Source: a virus. From it: a stretch of 64,000 nt of DNA. Every line of letters begins with the position of its first letter. The first letter of the stretch is position 1. A program made the position numbers and the translations under genes. The stretch spans positions 64,001-128,000 of the IMG/VR virus record IMGVR_UViG_3300036770_005052, one strand, 5' to 3'. The notes under the pieces were generated by a model, which made no database searches, was not told the DNA's origin, and saw only the letters and a program-made list of their open reading frames with translations. Below are positions 8,677-19,400 of the stretch, in pieces.

Positions 8677-10417
8677 GGTTGATTTAAATTCGGTTGCTAC
8701 TGCTGGGGTTGATCCAATTACAGGATCTCCTTTATCTAAAGAAGTGCGTCAAGCAATATTTAATAAAACAAGAATTTCTAGCTCAGCCTTCACATCAGAT
8801 AGTAGATTTGTATCACAATATACTCAAGATAATAATAAAAATTTAGAACTTATTGAAAATAATAGGCAATCATTAATAACTCTTGATTCACAGATTCAAA
8901 ATTTAAATCAACAAATTGTAAATTTAAATTCTGGATTAGATAAAATTTCTACATTATTGCAGGAAGATAGTTTTGCCGACCAAAAGAGAATTAATGATCA
9001 ACTTGAAAAAGAAAGAAGATATGCCGAACAAAAAATAAGAATTGGAAAAGAGAATGAAGTTGAAAATAAAATACAATCTGCTGTTTTACTTCCAGTACAA
9101 AGGATAGCACCAAAGGTTGAAAATATTTTTGATAATACTAAACGAGCATTATTAATTCTTTTTAGTGGATGGTTAACAAACGAAATAGTTAAATTATTTG
9201 ATGCAAAGCAAAGAGGAGATACTGATAGTCTAAGAGATATTAAAAATAATATCTTAAAACATTTAGGTATAGCTGGAGGAATTTTATTAGCTATTAATGG
9301 TGGATTTAGTGTTATTATTAAAACAATGGGAACCGTTATTACAAAGGTATCATCATTAATTGGGAAAACAATTACCGCACCATTTAAAGCAACTGCAGAT
9401 GCTGCAAAAAGTATTTTTAAAAAATCTCCAAAAACAAGCAATATTAAAGGAGAGGCTTCTGCTACGGAAAGAAGTATTGCATCATCTGCGGAAAAGGGAA
9501 TTGGAAGTAAAGTCTTATCAGGAACTGGAAAGGCATTAACATCAGTTGGTGGTGCAGCTCTTACTACATTTTTTGGAGTTTCTGAGTTTAAAGAAAGAAA
9601 GTCTGAAGGACAAACAAATATTGAAGCTGGCGCCGGAACTGCTGGAAGTTTATATGGTTCTAGTCTTGCAACTGGATTTGCATCTAAATTACCGTTACCT
9701 CCTATCATTAAATTTCCATTGATGATTGGTGCTGGAATTGGTGGATGGATGGGAGGTGGAAAACTAGTAGATACTTTTACTGGTGCAAATCAACCAAAAT
9801 TATCTGAAGATGTAAAAAGCACATCTCCACCACCTTTACCTCAACCAAAATCATCTAAAGAAGCTTCCGTTACTTCTATTATTCCACCGTTATCATCAAA
9901 AGAAAATAATGCACCTCAGGTTATTCAACCTTCAACAAATCAATTGAGTGCAACTAAAATTCAACCACAAACTCCATTGGCATCAGAAGTTGCTAATTTT
10001 TCTTTTGGAATTGATAAATCTAATCAAATTAACACAAATTTTGAAGGACTTGAAAGTTCTTTCACTTCAAAAAATCAACCTCAAGAAATTGAAAATGTAA
10101 GCAATAATAATAAGTTATCTCAATCATTCTTTGAAACTCAATCTCAAACTTCTAAAAAAGATGATAATAAATTTAGTGCAAATATAGAACCTTTGCAAAT
10201 TAATAATATACCAAAACAAGCTCCTAATATTGGAACTTTACCGGAGCCAAAGCCAAACGTTATTGTTGCACAAAGTTCTCAACCAAAAAATCAAATGCCA
10301 ATTCAATCATCCTCACAAAGTGATGAAAGTGTAACTGATATTCCATTGATAAAATCATCAAATCCAGATAATTTTTATATATTATATTCACAATTAAATT
10401 ATAACGTGGTAACGTAA
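8669..10417 (+). CDS. Tape-measure-like / baseplate hub-associated protein
   Basis: Coiled-coil N-terminus, Gly/Ala-rich hydrophobic helices, low-complexity C-terminus; directly follows chaperone genes. Confidence 0.5.
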   Translation: MAEVDLNSVATAGVDPITGSPLSKEVRQAIFNKTRISSSAFTSDSRFVSQYTQDNNKNLELIENNRQSLITLDSQIQNLNQQIVNLNSGLDKISTLLQEDSFADQKRINDQLEKERRYAEQKIRIGKENEVENKIQSAVLLPVQRIAPKVENIFDNTKRALLILFSGWLTNEIVKLFDAKQRGDTDSLRDIKNNILKHLGIAGGILLAINGGFSVIIKTMGTVITKVSSLIGKTITAPFKATADAAKSIFKKSPKTSNIKGEASATERSIASSAEKGIGSKVLSGTGKALTSVGGAALTTFFGVSEFKERKSEGQTNIEAGAGTAGSLYGSSLATGFASKLPLPPIIKFPLMIGAGIGGWMGGGKLVDTFTGANQPKLSEDVKSTSPPPLPQPKSSKEASVTSIIPPLSSKENNAPQVIQPSTNQLSATKIQPQTPLASEVANFSFGIDKSNQINTNFEGLESSFTSKNQPQEIENVSNNNKLSQSFFETQSQTSKKDDNKFSANIEPLQINNIPKQAPNIGTLPEPKPNVIVAQSSQPKNQMPIQSSSQSDESVTDIPLIKSSNPDNFYILYSQLNYNVVT

Positions 10418-10418
10418 T

Positions 10419-12410
10419 ATGGCTATATCTGATTCCCTTAGAATTTCTATACTATCCTCACAAAATGTAGGTAGATCTGTTAGTCAATCAAAATCACAAT
10501 TATTAAGATCAAATATTTCTTTAAATAAAATATCTCAAGTTATATCAAATAATACCAAACAAAAAGAAAGTATTGCGTATAAATCAAATATTTTAGATTT
10601 AAAAAGGAGAGAAGCATCTAAAAGAAAAGAAATAGAAGATAGAATTGAAGCTTCTAATGTTACTACAAATGCATTTTCTTATTCTGCTCGTTCTATAGTT
10701 AATTCTACTTCTGGTGGTCCACTAAAACGTTTAATTTCATTTCTTGGTTTTATAACTGCTGGTTGGCTAGTTGAAAATCTACCAACAATTATTTTTACCG
10801 GAAAAGAATTTATTTCCAGAGTATTAAAACTTTCTAATTTAATAACATCTTTTGTAAGTAATACATTTTCAATTATTACTAATTTTGGTTATTTACTTCA
10901 AAGCGTATCTTCAAATATTTTATCTCTTGATTTTACTGATAAATCAGAAAAAATTAAAAATTCATTTAATGAATTGAATTTATCAATAGAATCTGTAAAT
11001 AATGATATAATAAACGCTTATAAGTTATTAACCGCTCCACTTACACAATCTTCTGATGTTGAAGAAGAGGCTCCCGATTCTTTATACCCACAACCATATC
11101 AACCACCAGGACAACAATCTTCTTCTGGATCTGGTGGTTTTGGTGGATCCGGTCTTTCAAAAGGCACTCAAATCGCAAAGAGATTGCAAAAAGATCTAGG
11201 ACTTAAAGATTATCAAGCCTCTGCGGTTGTTGGAAATTTATTACAAGAAAATACCAATCTAGTTCCAGATTTACTTGAAGGTAGTAAAAAAGGTCTTTTA
11301 ACTGATGCGATGAGAAAGGGTATTGGGTATGGATGGGCACAATGGACAGATCCTGGTAGACAAAAAGAATTATATCAACTTGCTCAAAGTATGGGAGTCG
11401 ATCCTTCTAAACAACCTTTAACTGATGAAATTAATTATGCGATGTTAGTTAGAGAACTTCCAAGATATGATAGTGGTGGTAGATTTCGCAATTCAAAGAG
11501 CATAGAAGAAGCATCGAATTGGATTTTATTTCAATATGAAAATCCTGCAGATAAAAGTGCTAGGGAACAAAGTGAAAGAATTAATGATAGTAAAAAAGTT
11601 TTTCAAACATTAAAATCTGCCCCATCATCAACTATATCACAAACACCAACAGCACCACCAAGACCAATATCTACTGGAACAATGAATTTGATTCCACAAA
11701 CTGGAGCGGGTGGTTTTATTCAAGGTGGTTCTGGATCAAATGAAATGAGCTATGCTACACATTTTCATTTAGATTATAAATCTAAAACAAATGATCCATC
11801 AATTCTTTCTAGAATACGTGAAGTAGCATTCCATGCAGTAAAATCAATGTTTGCTAGAGGATCTACTGTTTATTTTGGAAACTTAGGACAGTTTGCATCT
11901 AAAAATGATATTGCTCTCAAAAATCAAATTATGGCAGAGCAAAAAGCTCATGGAGCTAGAAGCACTATGTCTGTTGATATACAAGAGCAAAATCGATCAA
12001 TTCAAAGAACTTTTCCATCTCAACCAGGCTCTGCATCAAAGTTCCCTTTTCAGGTTGGAGCTGTTTATTGGAGAGGTGGATATGGAAGAGAAGCAGAAAT
12101 TATAGGAAGTGGTGGAATAACAGTATCTCATGGTGCTGCTGGTTCTAAAGGTGTAGAAAGTTTTCCTACATCTAGAACAACAAAACCAGATTTATATCCC
12201 ACAGTAAAAACAGAAATACCTAAAACTATAACTCCAGAAAGACAGGGACAACAAGTTTTAATTGTAGATGTTCCTTCTTCAGATCAACAAGTAAAACCAC
12301 AAACACAAATGGTGAGTAAAAAAGAACAATATTCTCAAGAAATTGATGAGATTTATTTGTTAAATAAATTTATAAAACAGAAATTTTTGCTAGAATTAGC
12401 TTATCTATAA
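10419..12410 (+). CDS. Tape-measure-like protein with phage tail lysozyme domain
   Basis: 'QASAVVGNLLQE', 'GYGWAQWT..GR', 'S.EEA.......YE.PA' match the Phage_lysozyme2-type pattern. Confidence 0.7.
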   Translation: MAISDSLRISILSSQNVGRSVSQSKSQLLRSNISLNKISQVISNNTKQKESIAYKSNILDLKRREASKRKEIEDRIEASNVTTNAFSYSARSIVNSTSGGPLKRLISFLGFITAGWLVENLPTIIFTGKEFISRVLKLSNLITSFVSNTFSIITNFGYLLQSVSSNILSLDFTDKSEKIKNSFNELNLSIESVNNDIINAYKLLTAPLTQSSDVEEEAPDSLYPQPYQPPGQQSSSGSGGFGGSGLSKGTQIAKRLQKDLGLKDYQASAVVGNLLQENTNLVPDLLEGSKKGLLTDAMRKGIGYGWAQWTDPGRQKELYQLAQSMGVDPSKQPLTDEINYAMLVRELPRYDSGGRFRNSKSIEEASNWILFQYENPADKSAREQSERINDSKKVFQTLKSAPSSTISQTPTAPPRPISTGTMNLIPQTGAGGFIQGGSGSNEMSYATHFHLDYKSKTNDPSILSRIREVAFHAVKSMFARGSTVYFGNLGQFASKNDIALKNQIMAEQKAHGARSTMSVDIQEQNRSIQRTFPSQPGSASKFPFQVGAVYWRGGYGREAEIIGSGGITVSHGAAGSKGVESFPTSRTTKPDLYPTVKTEIPKTITPERQGQQVLIVDVPSSDQQVKPQTQMVSKKEQYSQEIDEIYLLNKFIKQKFLLELAYL

Positions 12411-13741
12411 TGTCAATAAAAAGATCAGTATTTGAAGGGTTTATTTTAGAATCAAACGATCAGAAAAGAACAGTTGATATTACTTCTGGTGCAATTGTTT
12501 TTGAATATTTTGAAGATATTTTTTCACCAACAATTACTGCAAAAGTAAAAGTAGTTAATACTGGAAACGTAATACCTTCTGAAAAAAATTCTGATGGTGT
12601 TAAACAATCAATTTACAATGGCCTTCCTCTTCGTGGTGGTGAAAGGTTGTCTATAAAAATATCTGGTAACAGTGAAAAAAATCCAGGATTAGATTTTTCA
12701 AAAAAAGTTGAAGATTATTTTTATGTATCAAGTATTACAGATGTAATTTCAGAAACGCAAAAAGAAAGTTTTACGTTACATTTAGTTTCTAGAGAAGCAA
12801 TTACCAACGAAACATCTAGAATTCCAAAAAAATATCCTACATCATCAAGTATTGATACTTCAGTTAGAAAAATATTAACAGAATATTTAAAAACTAATAA
12901 ATTTGGAATAATTGATAAAACATCCAATAAGTATGGATTTATTGGCAATATGCGAAAACCATTTACGATTTTAATATGGCTAGCATCAAAATCTGTACCA
13001 GTATCATCTGGGGATGGTACTGCAGGATTTTTATTCTACCAAACAGTAGATGGATTTCAATTCAGATCAATTGATGGATTGATTGACCAAGAACCAAAGG
13101 CAATTTACACATATAGTGAAGCTACAGTTACATATGATTCCGAAAATACAAAAAATGATAATGATTTTAAAATATTAAATTATATTGTTGATAGGAATCA
13201 AAATTTAATTGAAAAATTAAGAACCGGGACGTATTCGAGTCAAAGATTATTTTTTAATCCATTGGACTTTAATTTTTCAAACAGTGTATTTAAATTAAGT
13301 GATTATATCAAAAAAACAAATAATCTTGGATCAGAAATAAAATTGCCGAAAATTTCAAATAGTTCCAACATTGGTCTAGGTGATATTCCAACAAGAATTA
13401 TGAGCCAAATTATTGATATTGGTATTATGGATCCTGATGTTTCTACCAAACCAAATGCAGATCCAGGAAAATATCAATCTCAAGCCTTAATGAGATACAA
13501 TATTTTATTTACTCAATCTTTAAGTATCATAGTACCATCAAATACTAATTTGAGAGCAGGTGATATTATTGAATGCAATTTCCCAAAAATTTCTGAAAGT
13601 GATTCAAAAGAATATGATCCAGAAACAAGCGGTCTATATATGATAAAAGAATTATGCCATCATTTTGATGTTGAAAGATCATATACATCAATGAAACTTG
13701 TTAGAGATACTTTTGGACCAAAATCGAACACAAAAAAATGA
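12410..13741 (+). CDS. Baseplate hub protein (gp27-like position)
   Basis: 'YFEDIFSP.ITA', 'LP.RGGE', 'FLFYQT.DGF.F.SID.L', 'L.AGD.I', 'SG.Y.I..L.H'; precedes gp5. Confidence 0.6.
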   Translation: MSIKRSVFEGFILESNDQKRTVDITSGAIVFEYFEDIFSPTITAKVKVVNTGNVIPSEKNSDGVKQSIYNGLPLRGGERLSIKISGNSEKNPGLDFSKKVEDYFYVSSITDVISETQKESFTLHLVSREAITNETSRIPKKYPTSSSIDTSVRKILTEYLKTNKFGIIDKTSNKYGFIGNMRKPFTILIWLASKSVPVSSGDGTAGFLFYQTVDGFQFRSIDGLIDQEPKAIYTYSEATVTYDSENTKNDNDFKILNYIVDRNQNLIEKLRTGTYSSQRLFFNPLDFNFSNSVFKLSDYIKKTNNLGSEIKLPKISNSSNIGLGDIPTRIMSQIIDIGIMDPDVSTKPNADPGKYQSQALMRYNILFTQSLSIIVPSNTNLRAGDIIECNFPKISESDSKEYDPETSGLYMIKELCHHFDVERSYTSMKLVRDTFGPKSNTKK

Positions 13742-15891
13742 TAGATCAATCATTACTTCAAAGTAATTTTATAGGAAGAGATGGATTTAAATGGTGGGTT
13801 GGACAAATTCCACCAATTGATTCTAATGGAAAGCAGTCAAATGGTGGCGGTTGGGGAAATAGAACAAAGGTTCGTATTTTTGGTTATCACCCTTACAATA
13901 CCACTGACCTTTCAAATGATGATCTTCCATGGGCTCAGATTCTTTTACCAACGACCTCTGGATCTGGTGGAGCAAATTATGCAGTAAATCCAAAACTTAG
14001 ACCTGGGGATGTTGTTTTTGGCTTTTTTCTTGATGGAGATAATGCACAAACTCCAGTAATTATTGGTTGTTTTGGTAGAACTGATCAAGTACCAAGTAAC
14101 GAATTTATAGCCCCATTTGTACCCTTTACTGGTTATACTAATAAAGTTTCTAGACCTAATGGATCTTTATATCCAAGTGAAGCAAGTGAAGATAATACTA
14201 AAGCTCAAAAATCCCCAAGAGATGTTCCCCCTTCGGTTATTGAAAAAATAAATTCCACAAAAGAAACTAAGGATGAGATTCCTTATTTTACTGGAGTTGG
14301 AAAAAAGATTGTATTTGCAAATACTTGCGATGATACTGCAATTAAAGGAATAATATCAGAAGTTACAAATTTATTAGATAAAGTACAAAATGGGTTAAGT
14401 AAAGTATTAAATGTTGCAAATGAAATAAGTCGTTCTGTTGAAAAAATAGTTTCAATTGCAAATAATATTGTTGGACAAATGTTCAATTCTCTTTATAATG
14501 CTTTAATACCAGTTCTTCAGAAAGGTCTAGATTTATTATATAAACAAGTTTATGCAAAAGTTCTTGCATTAACTTCAAATCCAATCGCAGCTCATTTAGC
14601 TGGAGTAGCAGCTCAAACTGCAATGGTTCCACCTGTTAAAACTCTAGAGCAAGCAATTCCTTGCGTAGCATCAAATGTTGTTAATGCTCTTGGTGGAGTT
14701 GTAAAAGATCTTTTAAATTCTGTTTTAAAAAATGTTGAAAATTTTGTTACATGTGTGGGTACTCAATTTGCAGGGACACTTATTAATCAAATTATAGAAA
14801 GCATTATGAGTGGTCTTTCGGGAGCTTTAAATGGTGTATCCAAAATATTATCTCCAGCATTTAATATTGTAAGTTTTTTACGTAGTGGAATTGATATTAT
14901 TAAATCAATTGGAGGATTATTTGATTGTAATCAATCCAAAACCAAATGTTCTGGTTTAGTCAAAGAATGGACAATTGGAAAAGGTGCAAAAAGTAGTGAA
15001 AATGAAAATGATTTGTTCAATAAAATAGTAAATGATATGAATGTTTCGGGATCTATTGGTCAAATTGATTTTGACCCATTTAATAAAGTAAGGAATGCAT
15101 CATTATATGATCCATTGGGATCATGTTATGTTGGAGAACCCATTTCTTGTGGTCCCCCTAAAGTTAAAATATTTGGTGGTGGTGGTTCAGGTGCAGTAGC
15201 CACTGCAATTTTAGGATCTTTTGCCAATAATATTTTGGGTGACGGTACAATTACTAGTCAAAGAACCGCCAGTATTATAGGAGTTAGACTTGACAATCCA
15301 GGTTCTGGTTATAGATACCCTCCTTTTGTAGAATTTGTTGATAATTGTAATCAAGGTTATGGTGCTGTTGCCAGATCATTAATAAATGAAAATGGGGAAA
15401 TAACTCAAATTTATATGGTTTCTGAAGGTGAGAACTATCCAGTTGGTGAAATTAATATAGACTCTTCTTCTCCTATTGCAGAAACAGATCCACAATATAA
15501 TACTTATGGCGTTATTAAAGTTTCTGTTGTGGATGGTGGTAGAGAATATTCGGCTATAGATTTTGGCACAGATGATTATGGAAATGTTTATAATTTAACA
15601 ATAGATGAAGAGACAGGTTCTATAATTAGTGCTGAGCCAGAATTACGACCATTAGTTAATCCTGAAGATTCTGGAGTTCCTTTACCAAATTCCCAATCCC
15701 CAGAACAAACTGTTATTAGAACTTTAATACCTTCGGAAGGTAGAGAAATAAATACTAATATAATATCAGATTTACCAGTTATAACAGTTAAATCTAAAAC
15801 TGGGGTTGGGGCAGTATTAAAGCCAATTATTGGTCAGATTTCAAATTCTCCTCAAGGAGAACTCAAAATAGTTGTTGATTGTGTAACATAA
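13738..15891 (+). CDS. gp5: Baseplate central spike gp5-like (OB-fold N-terminus, no T4 lysozyme domain seen)
   Basis: 'FKWWVG', 'R.KVRIFGYH', 'DDLPWA', 'VFGFFLDG.NAQ.PVIIG'. Confidence 0.8.
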   Translation: MIDQSLLQSNFIGRDGFKWWVGQIPPIDSNGKQSNGGGWGNRTKVRIFGYHPYNTTDLSNDDLPWAQILLPTTSGSGGANYAVNPKLRPGDVVFGFFLDGDNAQTPVIIGCFGRTDQVPSNEFIAPFVPFTGYTNKVSRPNGSLYPSEASEDNTKAQKSPRDVPPSVIEKINSTKETKDEIPYFTGVGKKIVFANTCDDTAIKGIISEVTNLLDKVQNGLSKVLNVANEISRSVEKIVSIANNIVGQMFNSLYNALIPVLQKGLDLLYKQVYAKVLALTSNPIAAHLAGVAAQTAMVPPVKTLEQAIPCVASNVVNALGGVVKDLLNSVLKNVENFVTCVGTQFAGTLINQIIESIMSGLSGALNGVSKILSPAFNIVSFLRSGIDIIKSIGGLFDCNQSKTKCSGLVKEWTIGKGAKSSENENDLFNKIVNDMNVSGSIGQIDFDPFNKVRNASLYDPLGSCYVGEPISCGPPKVKIFGGGGSGAVATAILGSFANNILGDGTITSQRTASIIGVRLDNPGSGYRYPPFVEFVDNCNQGYGAVARSLINENGEITQIYMVSEGENYPVGEINIDSSSPIAETDPQYNTYGVIKVSVVDGGREYSAIDFGTDDYGNVYNLTIDEETGSIISAEPELRPLVNPEDSGVPLPNSQSPEQTVIRTLIPSEGREINTNIISDLPVITVKSKTGVGAVLKPIIGQISNSPQGELKIVVDCVT

Positions 15892-16446
15892 ATGGCAGAA
15901 AGACCTAAGCAAAATTGGGAAGCTAGAGACATTTCTAGTTTTGGACCAAAATTTAGAGTAGATATTAATAACCCCCAAATGGGTTATAATAGTACAAATG
16001 TTTATGCTTTTTATGGTGTAACAGATGGAAATGATATAAATTTTTCTGGAGTTACGGAAGCAGGAAATTATAGAATTTATAATGATAGGTACATTGAAAT
16101 TATTGCAGGAAATAAAGAAAGTAGCGATGGAGTAGATATTGTAATTGCAGGGATGAATGGAGATGTTACTATTACTGCAATGAGAAATGGTGCGGTTAGA
16201 ATTAAAGGAAAAACTATAATGATAGACGCAGATGAAGATGTAGATATTAAAGCAGGTAGAAATATTACAGCTTCATCTGGATCAGGAAGAATATTAATGA
16301 AAGGTAATAAAATTGACACAAGTGCATTAACTGGAAATGCTATAAAAGAAACTTTTGGAATGCAAGTATTTTCAAAGAGTTTTGTTGGTGGCGATATTGT
16401 TGACAAAGCATTCAATGTTGCAACTACTTTTTTGAAGGGAAATTAA
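15892..16446 (+). CDS. Probable stand-alone gp5 C-terminal beta-helix spike protein
   Basis: Short periodic beta repeats (DVTITAMRN/GAVRIKGK/TIMIDADE/DVDIKAGR); follows gp5. Confidence 0.5.
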   Translation: MAERPKQNWEARDISSFGPKFRVDINNPQMGYNSTNVYAFYGVTDGNDINFSGVTEAGNYRIYNDRYIEIIAGNKESSDGVDIVIAGMNGDVTITAMRNGAVRIKGKTIMIDADEDVDIKAGRNITASSGSGRILMKGNKIDTSALTGNAIKETFGMQVFSKSFVGGDIVDKAFNVATTFLKGN

Positions 16447-16447
16447 T

Positions 16448-19400
16448 ATGGAAAGGGATATTGAAGTATTTGGTAATGAAGTTTATTTCAATGAAAGAGT
16501 AACTTTTTATAAAAATAATTTTCAATCTTCAAAATATCAACTTTCTGAAATATGGGAATCTGAAAATGAAATTCTTCCTGAAGGATCTTTAGGTGTAGAA
16601 TCTGACACAAACTTTTTTAAGTTTGGAGATGGGGCTACTAGATGGAATGATTTGCCATATGCCTCAACAAACAGTATTCAAGGAACTCAAGGACTTCAGG
16701 GAGTAGGATATCAAGGATCACAAGGTCTTCAAGGAAATCAAGGTATTTCTGGAGCTTTTGCCGGAAAAGGAGACCAAGGTACTCAAGGTCTACAAGGATC
16801 TCAAGGTCTACAAGGATCTCAAGGTCTACAAGGATCTCAAGGATCTCAAGGATTACAAGGATTACAAGGAAACCAAGGAAACCAAGGAAATCAGGGATTA
16901 CAAGGAAACCAAGGATTCCAGGGTGGTCAAGGTTTACAAGGTTTTGCAAATCAAGGATCACAAGGTAATCAAGGTCTTCAAGGGAATCAAGGAATTCAAG
17001 GAGTTCAAGGATTCTTAAGTAACTTCCAAGGAACGCAAGGTATTCAAGGTTCTCAAGGATTTCAGGGGTTACAAGGTAATCAAGGAACACAAGGTAATCA
17101 AGGAATTCAAGGTAGGCAAGGAACTCAGGGTAATCAAGGTCTTCAAGGGAATCAAGGAATTCAAGGACTTCAAGGACCTTTAAGTAACTTTCAAGGAACC
17201 CAAGGTAATCAAGGGACACAAGGACTACAAGGACTACAAGGACGCCAAGGTCTACAAGGGTCAATTGGTTCTCAAGGAACTCAAGGATTCCAGGGAATAC
17301 AGGGTAATCAAGGTCTTCAAGGACTTGATGGTGCTTTTGCCGGTCAAGGTGTCCAAGGTCTTCAAGGAATACAAGGTCGTCAAGGTGCTCAAGGATTAGC
17401 AAATCAAGGAGTGCAAGGAAGAATCGGTTCTCAAGGATTCCAAGGAATTCAGGGTCGTCAAGGTGCTCAGGGTCGTCAAGGAACACAGGGACCTTTAAGT
17501 AACTTCCAAGGAACTCAAGGAGCTCAAAGTTCTCAAGGAACCCAAGGACTTCAGGGTAATCAAGGAACTCAAGGATTCCAGGGAATACAGGGCAATCAAG
17601 CTTCACAGGGACGCCAGGGATCTCAGGGTTTAAGTACTCAAGGTTCTCAAGGTATTCAGGGTCGCCAAAGTGCTCAAGGTTTACAAGGATTACAAGGACG
17701 CCAAGGATCTCAAGGATCTCAAGGATTACAGGGTGATCAAGGTACTCAAGGTAATCAAGGACTGCAAGGTAATCAAGGACTTCAGGGTAATCAAGGTAAT
17801 CAAGGATTGCAAGGCAATCAAGGACTTCAGGGTAATCAAGGAAACCAAGGACTCCAGGGTAATCAAGGTGTTCAAGGTAATCAAGGTCTTCAAGGTAGCC
17901 AAGGTACTCAAGGTAATCAAGGACTCCAAGGTAATCAAGGACTCCAAGGACTGCAAGGCAATCAAGGACTTCAGGGTAATCAAGGAAACCAAGGGCTCCA
18001 GGGTAATCAAGGTTTACAAGGTAACCAAGGTTTACAAGGACTCCAAGGTTTACAAGGACTTCAAGGTCGCCAAGGTGGTCAAGGAGTTCAAGGAAATCAG
18101 GGACTGCAAGGAAATCAGGGATTGCAAGGAAATCAGGGACTTCAAGCTAATCAGGGTCTTCAAGGTCTTCAGGGACTTCAAGCTAATCAGGGTCTTCAAG
18201 GTCTTCAGGGTCTTCAAGGTCTTCAGGGTCTTCAAGGTCTTCAGGGTCTTCAAGGTTCTCTAAGTAATTTCCAAGGAACTCAAGGACTTCAAGGTAATCA
18301 AGGTCTTCAAGGACCTCAAGGACTTTCTGGAGAATTTGCTGGACAAGGAACGCAAGGAACGCAAGGACTCCAAGGTTCTCAAGGTTTACAAGGTCTTCAA
18401 GGTTTACAAGGTCTTCAAGGACCTTTAAGTAATTTCCAAGGAACTCAAGGACTTCAAGGACCTTTAAGTAATTTCCAAGGAACTCAAGGTAATCAAGGTC
18501 TTCAGGGGCTTCAGGGGCTTCAAGGGCTTCAGGGGCTTCAAGGACTTCAGGGTAATCAAGGATTGCAAGGAACTCAAGGTAATCAAGGTCTTCAGGGTCT
18601 TCAGGGTCTTCAAGGATCCTTAAGTAACTTCCAAGGAACACAAGGTAACCAAGGTGCTCAAGCAACTCAGGGTGCTCAAGGAACTCAAGCAAATCAAGGA
18701 ATGCAAGGTCTTCAAGGACCTTTAAGTAACTTCCAAGGAACTCAGGGAAATCAAGGTGTTCAAGGTAATCAAGGTCTTCAAGGTAACCAAGGTACTCAAG
18801 GTAATCAAGGCTTACAAGGTCTTCAAGGATCACAAGGTCTTCAGGGAATGCAAGGTAGTCAAGGACTTCAAGGACCTTTAAGTAACTTTCAAGGAACCCA
18901 AGGTAATCAAGGGACACAAGGACTACAAGGACTACAAGGACGCCAAGGATCTCAAGGATCTCAAGGATTGCAAGGTAATCAAGGAAATCAAGGGCTTCAA
19001 GGGCGCCAAGGTTCTCAGGGAACACAAGGACTTCAAGGTTCTCAGGGAACACAAGGACTTCAAGGTTCTCAGGGAACACAAGGTTTACAAGGTATTGGAA
19101 TTCAAGGTCCACAGGGAACTCAAGGAACTCAAGGACTTCAAGGTCTTCAAGGTATACAAGGATTACAGGGATTGCAAGGAATTCCAGGCTCAGGAATTAT
19201 TTTTATTCAAGATGAAAACGATCTAGATAAAACTTTTTATCCTTCATTTTTAGAACAAACAAGTGGAACAACAAGCACAGAATATGTTTCTTCTGAAAAA
19301 TTAGTTTTCAATCCTTCTTCTGGAAGTATTGGTATAGGCACAAGTATTATTACAAATACACTTACTGTTGCAGGAACAGCTACTGCAACCTCATATTTTG

